Source of the DNA: Clostridia bacterium
GTDB lineage: Bacteria; Bacillota; Clostridia; Oscillospirales; Acutalibacteraceae
NCBI GenBank assembly: GCA_017440765.1
Contig: JAFSGO010000038.1
Coordinates: 1 to 40,514 of the forward strand
Reading direction: 5' to 3'
DNA: 40,514 bases
Below the pieces are notes generated by a model, which did not search any database, was not told where the DNA came from, and saw nothing but the letters and a program-made list of their open reading frames with translations. A program made the position numbers and the translations under genes. How positions within the stretch are numbered: the first letter of the stretch is position 1; each line of letters starts with the position of its first letter. Of this stretch, positions 33,864-40,514 are shown piece after piece.

Positions 33864-35289
33864 CAGTACCTCCGCTTATAATTATTCTCGGTTGCTTTGC
33901 TCGCGCTTTAACATCCTCTTTCGGTATGTCAAGGAATATGTTCAGAGGATTATTCGCATATTCATCCGGCTTTTTGGCTTTCCTCGGTTTAATCGGTCGG
34001 CTCATCAGGAAATATCGCACCTCATCGGCCACGTGGTCTTCCCCGTCTGTATCTAAATCCTCCACCTTATGATCATCGTACTGTAAAAGCGGTATTGTCC
34101 TGATAAACGCTTTGCAGTTTTTGAACACGTACATCATCGGGTATCCATTTTCATCAAATGCAAATCGATAATGCATCTGCATCCATCCGGGGAGTCTCTT
34201 ATGATCTCCCGGTTGGAAATACACGCCGTACCGTGCTGCAACGTCGGCTATCGATTCGCCCGTTTCGGCATCCCATATCGCAGGATCGGCAACGCCGATG
34301 ATTTTTTTATTTCGCAGCCAACGATGTTCATTTTCTATACGGTGTATCTCTTCAAACACCTTTGGCGGTGTCCATTTCACACCCTCATTGGGGGTTTTGG
34401 TACAACCATACAATTCCAAGATCCGGTAAACTATCCCGTCATAATCGACCGCCCACCAACCACAGGAAAACGGTTTGTTATATCCCCAGTCAAAGGACCG
34501 ATAGATTTTCCAACCGTCAGGCATCTCAAACGGCTCAATAACGTGTGTCCATTGACGATCTTCGTAATGATCGGGCTTGTCCATGAAATCTTCAAAAAAC
34601 TGCCCTTCAAAGATATCCCAGTTTCCGTGTAGCCATGCCTCACGAAGCTTGGGCGGTAACGCTTCCAGCTGTTCAAGATATTCCGGCTGTTCTTTGAGAA
34701 GTGCTTTGTTATCAGTCACAAGTGACTGAATAAAACTGTATTCTTCACCTTTTTCAGCCGGCTCGTAATTTTTTGAAATAAACAAACGCTTCACCCATTG
34801 GTGACCCACGCCGCCCGGATTACAAGTCAGATAGATTCTTTTAGGGAAACCATTCACACCACGAACGCAAGCAACTAGCTTTTTGTACTGGCTCTCAGTA
34901 AATTGAGTGGCCTCATCTATAAAGAGAATGTCACATTCTGTTCCCTGGAAATTATCCAAATCCTTCTCATTAGCGCAAAATCTGAAAATGATCTGCGATC
35001 CATTCTTAAAGAATAACCGCTTCTTAGAATCGTTGTATCGATAGCTGCCCAAAGGAAGCATTTCCTTGAACGGTATAATATGGTTTGCTTCAAGCTCCGG
35101 ATATGATCTACGCAGAATCATGATTTTAATACCAGGAAAGCGTGCCATAAGGAAAATACTTTTAACTCTCACAGACCAAGATTTCCCACCTCCGCGAGCG
35201 CCTCCGAATGCCACGTATTTATGCTTATCCGATAGGAACAGCGCTTGCCGCGGGTTTGGAGGTGGAATTTTTATATTCAGCTTTGCCAT
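33850..35289 (-). CDS. terL: Terminase large subunit
   Basis: Walker A FGGARGGGKSW, Walker B-like ILFIDEATQF and a C-terminal nuclease-fold region. 479 aa. Confidence 0.9.
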   Translation of the reverse strand: MAKLNIKIPPPNPRQALFLSDKHKYVAFGGARGGGKSWSVRVKSIFLMARFPGIKIMILRRSYPELEANHIIPFKEMLPLGSYRYNDSKKRLFFKNGSQIIFRFCANEKDLDNFQGTECDILFIDEATQFTESQYKKLVACVRGVNGFPKRIYLTCNPGGVGHQWVKRLFISKNYEPAEKGEEYSFIQSLVTDNKALLKEQPEYLEQLEALPPKLREAWLHGNWDIFEGQFFEDFMDKPDHYEDRQWTHVIEPFEMPDGWKIYRSFDWGYNKPFSCGWWAVDYDGIVYRILELYGCTKTPNEGVKWTPPKVFEEIHRIENEHRWLRNKKIIGVADPAIWDAETGESIADVAARYGVYFQPGDHKRLPGWMQMHYRFAFDENGYPMMYVFKNCKAFIRTIPLLQYDDHKVEDLDTDGEDHVADEVRYFLMSRPIKPRKAKKPDEYANNPLNIFLDIPKEDVKARAKQPRIIISGGTDGTV

Positions 35290-35756
35290 TCAACATCTCC
35301 ACCTTCAACTGTGATAACAATCTCGTCAGTTCCTTCGCTATCCTCTTTTGCCTGTCTTTTAAGATTGGAGATCCGCGCCTTCTGCTCCTCAATATCAAGC
35401 TGCGTCTTAATATTCTGGATCTCCTTAATATCCTTAATCGTGCCGGAAAGGGCTTTCAATGCATTTTTATCCAACAACAATTCTCCGGCTTGAAACTTGT
35501 GGACAGCATCCTCGACCGCATCCAGCAGAATGTCGGAAACACTCAACAATCGTCTCATCCTATCAGCTTGTTTATTGGATTCGATTTCGACGATTTTCGT
35601 AGCCGCTTTTGAGCGCGTTTCATCCTGAAGCTTCTTCCAACCTTCTTTTGCTGCTACCTTCCTCAAAGTGTGGAAAGAAACATTATGCTTTTCGGCTAGT
35701 TTCCTGTAGCTCGTTCCACCGGCAATATACTCCGCCTTCAACTTCTTCCAATCCAC
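35277..35756 (-). CDS. terS: Terminase small subunit
   Basis: N-terminal HTH (YIAGGTSYRKLAEKHNVSFHTLRKVAAKEGW) plus an oligomerisation coiled coil. It overlaps terL by 13 nt. Confidence 0.8.
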   Translation of the reverse strand: MDWKKLKAEYIAGGTSYRKLAEKHNVSFHTLRKVAAKEGWKKLQDETRSKAATKIVEIESNKQADRMRRLLSVSDILLDAVEDAVHKFQAGELLLDKNALKALSGTIKDIKEIQNIKTQLDIEEQKARISNLKRQAKEDSEGTDEIVITVEGGDVEWQS

Positions 35757-35831
35757 AGAAAACTCCTCTCTTCATTTCTATACTGATATTGTAATACAGG
35801 AACTCCTAATTCCTAAACCCCCCCTATACGC

Positions 35832-35860
35832 AAAAAAAGAGGGGGTTTTTCACTCCCTCT
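35832..35860 (-). terminator. Weak terminator between the early and late blocks
   Basis: On the minus strand, a GAGGG...CCCUC stem is followed by U7. Competing pairings with the adjacent G7 tract are possible. Confidence 0.4.
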
Positions 35861-35869
35861 TAATTTTGA

Positions 35870-36088
35870 TTATTCTGCCTCATATTTTTCATATAACGCT
35901 TTCGCTACCATACAGAATTCATAGTTGGAATAGCATATGGATTTCATGTAAATCCGCCGTTCTTCCGGAGAAGAAAATGCCAAATGTATGGAGGATCTTT
36001 CCTGCACGCCTTCGCAACATATTTTACACCCGTCATAGTAACGAAAAAACGGGCATTCAACATATGCTGATATATTGTGCTTTGGCAT
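35870..36088 (-). CDS. Cys-rich small protein (72 aa) immediately upstream of terS
   Basis: MPKHNISAYVECPFFRYYDGCKICCEGVQ... GGGAGG lies upstream of the ATG at 36088. Confidence 0.6.
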   Translation of the reverse strand: MPKHNISAYVECPFFRYYDGCKICCEGVQERSSIHLAFSSPEERRIYMKSICYSNYEFCMVAKALYEKYEAE

Positions 36089-36154
36089 GAAATTACCTCC
36101 CTTTCGGATAACGATCAATTTGTTTTTCCTCTCCATATAAATTCATCCGGACAA

Positions 36155-36547
36155 TTATCCGCTAGCTCCTGTTCCTTCTGTCGGATCCATCGGTCCAATC
36201 GCCTTGTAGTTATCGCCGTCGCGCATCGGCGGTTGCGGCATCGGCATCCAGTGGGTTATTTTTTCGCCCTCGGCTTCCCAGTAACGTGCAGCACACAGGA
36301 AATCGATTCCGTCCCAAACTGCAACCATAGCCTTTCGGTTATCCGTCCACACAATTACTGCTTCGGAATATGCCGTGCCTGCGTTACATGGTATCAGTTC
36401 CGGCAGCTTGTCCGCCACCGAGATCCACCCTGTAACCGTTGACTCATCCTCGATAAATTTCACAATCGCGTCTTTGCCGGCGACTGATATATACCGTTTC
36501 ACCCGCTCGGCCAACGCATTCGCGTCGATCAACCTGACTTCACCCAT
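36155..36547 (-). CDS. DUF551-like phage protein with an RLIDANAL N-terminal module
   Basis: MGEVRLIDANALAERV... followed by GWISVADKLPE...ITHWMPMPQPP, a DUF551-type signature. Confidence 0.7.
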   Translation of the reverse strand: MGEVRLIDANALAERVKRYISVAGKDAIVKFIEDESTVTGWISVADKLPELIPCNAGTAYSEAVIVWTDNRKAMVAVWDGIDFLCAARYWEAEGEKITHWMPMPQPPMRDGDNYKAIGPMDPTEGTGASG

Positions 36548-36734
36548 CTCGTTTATCTCCTTTGTCTGCCAAGCTCTTATTTCGGCGACTAACTAAATCG
36601 TAAGCATTTTTGAGTAGCAACGGAATACAACCAATTGTTCCTTTTATCGGACACTCTCCACAACGTTTGTGTATCCAGTGGGCGTCATAATCTGCACAAC
36701 ACTCCAACGCCTTTATAATCTCGTTATCGGTCAT
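36540..36734 (-). CDS. Small Cys-rich phage protein with an IIKALECC N-terminal module
   Basis: MTDNEIIKALECCADYDAHWIHKRCGECP... The ATG overlaps the upstream stop as TGATG. Confidence 0.6.
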   Translation of the reverse strand: MTDNEIIKALECCADYDAHWIHKRCGECPIKGTIGCIPLLLKNAYDLVSRRNKSLADKGDKRDG

Positions 36735-36865
36735 CACACCAACCGCCTTTCCACCAATTTCCCGTGTTTCTGTTCCTCAACCGCCAACTCTTGTTCGGAA
36801 AACCCACGAACACATGCCGCATATCCATCGGCGAAGATATACCAGTAAAATTTAAAATCGCTCAT
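36734..36865 (-). CDS. 43-aa ORF below the ORF-track threshold
   Basis: MSDFKFYWYIFADGYAACVRGFSEQELAVEEQKHGKLVERRLV. It fills an otherwise empty gap and is coupled to the next gene. Confidence 0.45.
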   Translation of the reverse strand: MSDFKFYWYIFADGYAACVRGFSEQELAVEEQKHGKLVERRLV

Positions 36866-36871
36866 TCTGTA

Positions 36872-37426
36872 TCACTCCTCAACATATCCCCAAGATTGAA
36901 AAGGTCTTTTTATCGGCTTTAATCCATCACAACCGCAGTCGCTTTCGTCATATTCATAACCTCTGCCGTCAATGAAATACTCGCATTCTTCACAATGCTC
37001 GCCATCATAAAACTTTGTGCAAAAGGTATGAAATTCGTATAACTCTCTCGGCTTGTCATAGATTACAAGGTCGGATATGTGCCAACCGTAGCCCGTTTTG
37101 TTTGCTCCAACATATTTAGCGACCTCATCAAGAGAAAGGCAAGACCTTGATAATTCATACCACATCCAGTTTTGAACCGCATAATTGGAATGCACTTTAA
37201 TCGGGTATATCTCATCACACACAAACTCGCCTATGACTTTGCCCCGCTCAAAATTTTCTGCAAGATAGTCTCTTGGCATCTTTTTAATTCCGCCAACGGT
37301 GCAATAGATATAACACTTGAACGGCGTTTTCAGTTTCGGTCTTGTCTTTCGCACCTCAACCGTCTTTTTGCCGCTTGCTATCAGTTCGCACCATTTCGGC
37401 TGTATGCTTATCAATACGGATTTCAT
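36872..37426 (-). CDS. ASCH (PUA-like) domain protein with a Cys-rich C-terminal extension
   Basis: MKSVLISIQPKWCELIASGKKTVEVRKT...GKVIGEFVCDEIY is typical of ASCH. The tail is CTKFYDGEHCEECEYF...CGCDG. Confidence 0.75.
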   Translation of the reverse strand: MKSVLISIQPKWCELIASGKKTVEVRKTRPKLKTPFKCYIYCTVGGIKKMPRDYLAENFERGKVIGEFVCDEIYPIKVHSNYAVQNWMWYELSRSCLSLDEVAKYVGANKTGYGWHISDLVIYDKPRELYEFHTFCTKFYDGEHCEECEYFIDGRGYEYDESDCGCDGLKPIKRPFQSWGYVEE

Positions 37427-37438
37427 TGGAAACACCCC

Positions 37439-37618
37439 CTAAACTTCCGTGCTTATAACGCCACCGTCGAAATCGCAAATATCAAGCGTTAAGTGGTAAA
37501 GACCTTTGTCGATCTCGTCACCTTGCATAAGTTCTTCTATCGTAAGACAAACACTAACCTTGATATTTTCATTTGCTTTGGCTTCGCTTAACAGTGTCAT
37601 GAGTTCATAATTTTTCAT
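37439..37618 (-). CDS. Hypothetical small phage protein (59 aa)
   Basis: MKNYELMTLLSEAKANENIKVSV... The start overlaps the upstream stop as TGATG. Confidence 0.5.
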   Translation of the reverse strand: MKNYELMTLLSEAKANENIKVSVCLTIEELMQGDEIDKGLYHLTLDICDFDGGVISTEV

Positions 37619-37872
37619 CACTCCGCACCGTCCTTTCGTTCGCCGTAACTACAAAAATGCAAACCGCTCATTTGTATCTCGTTGAATTTAGAACACTTTA
37701 ATTTTGAGCCGGTGGTGTGTTTGCAATCTTTACAGTACACTATTGGTTTGGCATCAGCGGTAGGCGCTTCCTTTACGCTTTTAATCACAGCAAGAGCCAT
37801 ATCCAAAACTGTGCAACCTTTTTCCAAACTTAACCCTTCTAATTTCAGCGCATCCGCATCAATCAGCCGCAT
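37618..37872 (-). CDS. Cys-rich phage protein with an RLIDADAL N-terminal module
   Basis: MRLIDADALKLEG...VYCKDCKH...HFCSYGERKDG. Confidence 0.6.
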   Translation of the reverse strand: MRLIDADALKLEGLSLEKGCTVLDMALAVIKSVKEAPTADAKPIVYCKDCKHTTGSKLKCSKFNEIQMSGLHFCSYGERKDGAE

Positions 37873-38281
37873 TGTCCTCACCCTTTCCGTCCATCTTTGC
37901 ACCGCAGTTGGGGCAATATTGTCCACCGACAAACCTATATGGGTTTATACCCTTACTCCCACCAAGATTGTCATTCTTTACGTGGCACAAAGAACATTCC
38001 CAAGCGCCGATATTCCAGTCCATTCCATCAGGATTGTATACCCACTCCCCGTGCCGTGCCTCTGCCACGCTCGCTTTTTCATCATTCATTAACTTCTGAA
38101 TCGTATGCTCCTGACATTCAATAACGGCGTCTTTGAAACGGATATATGCAACGGCCGCACGCTTTAACTTACTGCTGCACTCACAATCATCATCGTTCGG
38201 ATCATACAACGCGCACCTTTCACACGTTCTATTAGGATCCGCACAATATTCCAAAGCTTTTATGATCTTGTGATCAGACAT
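37859..38281 (-). CDS. Cys-rich phage protein with an IIKALEYC N-terminal module and a C-terminal zinc ribbon
   Basis: MSDHKIIKALEYCADPNRTCERCALYD...HGEWVYNP...WECSLCH...YCPNCGAKM. AAGGAGA lies upstream of the ATG at 38281. Confidence 0.65.
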   Translation of the reverse strand: MSDHKIIKALEYCADPNRTCERCALYDPNDDDCECSSKLKRAAVAYIRFKDAVIECQEHTIQKLMNDEKASVAEARHGEWVYNPDGMDWNIGAWECSLCHVKNDNLGGSKGINPYRFVGGQYCPNCGAKMDGKGEDNAAD

Positions 38282-38298
38282 TATCCACATTCTCCTTT

Positions 38299-38439
38299 GC
38301 TTTATGCCTTCACTCCACGCACCATTGCAAGCAACCGTCGAACCAACTTGAGCTTGTGTCTGCATGCGCTACAGATATGTCCGTGTGTCGTTCTGCCGCA
38401 ATACCGGCAGGTATAAACGTATTTATCAACTGTCGCCAT
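38299..38439 (-). CDS. 46-aa zinc-ribbon ORF below the ORF-track threshold
   Basis: MATVDKYVYTCRYCGRTTHGHICSACRHKLKLVRRLLAMVRGVKA (CxxC...CxxC). It explains the region better than the N-terminal extension of the 168-aa ORF does. Confidence 0.5.
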
Positions 38440-38447
38440 CGTTATGT

Positions 38448-38762
38448 TCATCCTTTCTCCCACAAATTCGGCATCACACGTTTGATATCATGATATGAAA
38501 GCGGAAGATCCGCAAACTCATCACCGGCAACACCGCACAGTATGATCGTGCCGACGAAATTGACACCGCAGATCTCGCAGTTCCACGGCAACCCTTTGTA
38601 TCGACCTTCCTCATTGCAAATGATCACGCAGTCCTGCGTGATCGTAACCGTTTCGATAAATCCACCAACCGTCTTTTGCAAATTCGTAAGCGTATTGGAA
38701 ATATTGACACTCCGCGGCTTCTTGCCGGGATCCTTGATCAGAACGTGAATTTTACGATTCAT
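38448..38762 (-). CDS. DUF3846-like phage protein
   Basis: MNRKIHVLIKDPGKKPRSVNISNTLTNLQKTVGGFIETV...ICNEEGRYKGLPWN. GAGGAGG lies upstream of the ATG at 38762. Confidence 0.65.
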   Translation of the reverse strand: MNRKIHVLIKDPGKKPRSVNISNTLTNLQKTVGGFIETVTITQDCVIICNEEGRYKGLPWNCEICGVNFVGTIILCGVAGDEFADLPLSYHDIKRVMPNLWEKG

Positions 38763-38970
38763 AACAATCCTCCTCGTAGTTGCGACAACACCCGGGGCAA
38801 ACCGTATCGTCACCGTCGCCATTATGGTAATGCCGGCACCCGACGCAGCTTTGCCCGTCTTCAAAAACTCCAAGCCGCTGCACCAAGTCATCCTTCTTCA
38901 CACCCGGCGCGGCACAGTAATGCGGCTTACGTAGCGCGTCGCCAACAGCCCAATATGTTAATCTTTTCAT
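38752..38970 (-). CDS. Cys-rich small phage protein (72 aa)
   Basis: MKRLTYWAVGDALRKPHYCAAPG...CVGCRHYHNGDGDDTVCPGCCRNYEEDCY. The start overlaps the upstream stop as ATGA. Confidence 0.55.
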   Translation of the reverse strand: MKRLTYWAVGDALRKPHYCAAPGVKKDDLVQRLGVFEDGQSCVGCRHYHNGDGDDTVCPGCCRNYEEDCYES

Positions 38971-39488
38971 TCTTTTCCCTCCAGTATGCCAACGATCTGA
39001 GCACCTGTCTCTGTCTTTTTGCAGAACCGCCATTCCACACCGTATTTTTCTGCGACTGTCTTCATTGCTTTTTCTAAAACATCACTGCTTGCCGGAGGTT
39101 TCGGCGCGATTTTCCGATCCAGTGCATATCCTTTCTGATGCATGGCATATAACCGAAACCATCTGTCACGCCGCAAATTTCGCCATGTATGCACCTCATC
39201 CACTGAATTGATCTCTTCTTCCTCGACTAACACAATCAATCGGATCCCGTTGTCGTGTGCTCTCGTACACTCGTCTATAAACCGCTTATGCTGCTTACCG
39301 ATCAGATTGCCGTATACCTCCTGTAGTCCGATTGTCTTGGTATCAATACAAACATCCTGCTTATCCAGCCGCGTCCAATCCCCGCAAAACAACTTGGACC
39401 GTACAACGCGGATCCCGTGCTCAGATAGGTAACTCAGAATATGCTCCTTTTTCCCCGCTTGCTCGCGAGTATCCTGAACAATGATCAT
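38967..39488 (-). CDS. ERCC4/Mus81-type (PD-(D/E)xK) nuclease, likely a recombination-junction resolvase
   Basis: MIIVQDTREQ...LFCGDWTR...VCIDTKTIGLQEVYGNL parallels the ERCC4 VDxRE...GDY...ERK pattern. Confidence 0.65.
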   Translation of the reverse strand: MIIVQDTREQAGKKEHILSYLSEHGIRVVRSKLFCGDWTRLDKQDVCIDTKTIGLQEVYGNLIGKQHKRFIDECTRAHDNGIRLIVLVEEEEINSVDEVHTWRNLRRDRWFRLYAMHQKGYALDRKIAPKPPASSDVLEKAMKTVAEKYGVEWRFCKKTETGAQIVGILEGKE

Positions 39489-39751
39489 TTCTTTACCTCC
39501 TGTTCCATCCGTACGACCGCCTTGCCATAACTCAGCAGGACACCTGTCTCTTTTTGTACTTGATCGATATATGCCTGAACATCGCGAAAACTACTACCCG
39601 ATCGAGCACACGCCGTTGCAGCTTGTTTACTTTTCCTATATTGCTGCGCTTTTTCATTCGTAGCGTCCCGCTTGCAACCTGGGCTGCAGTATTTCTGTAT
39701 TCCCCGGATCTTTTTATACGATTTTCCGCACCATTCACATTCCGCTATCAT
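39485..39751 (-). CDS. Zinc-ribbon small protein (88 aa)
   Basis: MIAECEWCGKSYKKIRGIQKYCSPGCKRD... GAGGTGA lies upstream. Confidence 0.55.
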   Translation of the reverse strand: MIAECEWCGKSYKKIRGIQKYCSPGCKRDATNEKAQQYRKSKQAATACARSGSSFRDVQAYIDQVQKETGVLLSYGKAVVRMEQEVKK

Positions 39752-39757
39752 CCGCGC

Positions 39758-40514
39758 TCACCTCTTTTTCTTTCGATACGTCGGCACATAATCCTGTACC
39801 ATCTGTTCATACTCGCTGTCATGTGGATCGGACTTTTTATTTGAGTTTCGTTTTTCGTTTACCGCCCAAATGCGGATACACGCCTTCCAGTCTTGCATCG
39901 GCGTCCCATCTCCAACGATCCATCCGTTTGTAGAATAATAATCATGAAATCTTTGAGCATTCACATGAAGTCCTAATTCATCACAATATGTTTGGATGAT
40001 TTCGACAGTAGGTGGTTGGAAGTTGTCGGATAGTGCGTCAGTACTATCCTTTACTTTACTATAATCTCTTCTCTTTTCTTTTCTTTTACTTTGTTTGGAA
40101 ATGTCAGCATTTTTCGAAGAAATGTATACATTTTCGCCCGAAATGTTCACATTTTTAAAATTTTGAGTATTGCAAAGCAAGAGGTACGCTTTTTTAATCG
40201 TCACTTCTTTACGACGGGTACAAGCCTCCAAGTATCGTTTTTGGATCCCGACGCTCGTCAGGATCCCATACTTTTCATAAAGTGTCGAATCAAAAATACC
40301 TCTTTTGATAGCTGCCATCACTATTTCCGAAACAACGTTGATACCCAACATACAACCTTTGCTGAACATCAATGCAACCTCGTTTGTCCATTCACAGTAA
40401 TAACCTTGCTGTCCGTAAATTCGTTGGAACAGCTTAACGATCACCGCAAATCCTTTCAACCCAAATTCGGCCTCTATCAACTCAAACTTTTCGTCAAGAT
40501 GAACATCGAGCGGA
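39758..40514 (-). CDS. Phage replisome organiser or replication protein (DUF4373-type N-domain plus conserved phage C-terminal domain), 5' end outside the window
   Basis: The frame stays open upstream of the ORF-track start to the window edge (..PLDVHLDEKFELIEAEFGLKGFAVIVKLFQRIYGQQGYY). The C-terminus is FQPPTVEIIQTYCDELGLHVNAQRFHDYYSTNGW. Confidence 0.7.
   Translation of the reverse strand, partial: PLDVHLDEKFELIEAEFGLKGFAVIVKLFQRIYGQQGYYCEWTNEVALMFSKGCMLGINVVSEIVMAAIKRGIFDSTLYEKYGILTSVGIQKRYLEACTRRKEVTIKKAYLLLCNTQNFKNVNISGENVYISSKNADISKQSKRKEKRRDYSKVKDSTDALSDNFQPPTVEIIQTYCDELGLHVNAQRFHDYYSTNGWIVGDGTPMQDWKACIRIWAVNEKRNSNKKSDPHDSEYEQMVQDYVPTYRKKKR

Larger units (their letters stand above)
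8748..40514 (-). mobile_element. Prophage (incomplete in window): replication, packaging, head, short-tail-like structural, lysis and cargo modules
   Basis: An uninterrupted minus-strand array of recognisable phage genes (terS, terL, portal, scaffold, capsid, fibres, endolysin, holin) ending beside ssrA. The left boundary is uncertain and could lie anywhere from 7925 to 8750. The right end is beyond the window. Confidence 0.85.

Noticed and set aside
1-40514. Search for CRISPR arrays, tRNA or rRNA genes, transposases, integrase or a diversity-generating retroelement.
   Set aside because: I found no regularly spaced direct repeats, no cloverleaf-like tRNA sequence other than the tRNA-like ends of tmRNA, no DDE, serine or tyrosine recombinase, and no reverse-transcriptase-like ORF in any frame of this window.

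Overview
Firmicutes/Clostridia-type chromosome segment.

Host core (left ~8 kb, GC-rich), all recognisable from protein or RNA sequence:
- a truncated Kae1/TsaD-like gene, nusB and an Asp23-family gene;
- a complete eight-gene spoIIIAA-AH sporulation operon on the minus strand;
- divergent lexA with a palindromic SOS box;
- the tmRNA gene ssrA (7573-7924).

Prophage (at least 32 kb). It follows ssrA, after an XRE regulator and a 70-aa gene on the plus strand, runs to the window edge and is read entirely on the minus strand. In transcription order:
- replication and early genes with many Cys-rich small proteins (40.5 to 35.9 kb);
- terS, terL and portal;
- a phage-encoded Prp cysteine protease, then scaffold and major capsid genes that both carry the Prp NLQLF(G/A) cleavage motif;
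- a connector and three structural proteins;
- a 3,034-codon polyvalent virion protein containing an HExxH metallopeptidase;
- two fibre genes;
- an M23+ChW endolysin, an XhlA-like protein and a holin.

I see no tail tube, sheath or classical tape measure, so I infer a short-tailed, P22-like layout.

AT-rich cargo island beyond the lysis cassette:
- a Panacea/DUF4065 (PanA-type) antitoxin gene tightly coupled to an uncharacterised 332-aa protein with four C-terminal TM helices. This is my best candidate for a new toxin-antitoxin or abortive-infection module.
- a 140-aa 4-TM protein preceded by a promoter, a ~170-nt leader with mutually exclusive helices, and an intrinsic terminator.

Other second-look items:
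- a protein-like 70-codon ORF with its own SD, nested in the +1 frame of the giant gene exactly where the main frame becomes compositionally odd;
- three near-consensus TTGAnn-17-TGnTATACT promoters antisense inside the giant gene, coinciding with a repeated SI(T/A)Q....(V/I)K linker peptide;
- a 15-nt C7 motif shared by two intergenic elements of the late region.

Integrase, repressor and the far att site are outside the window.
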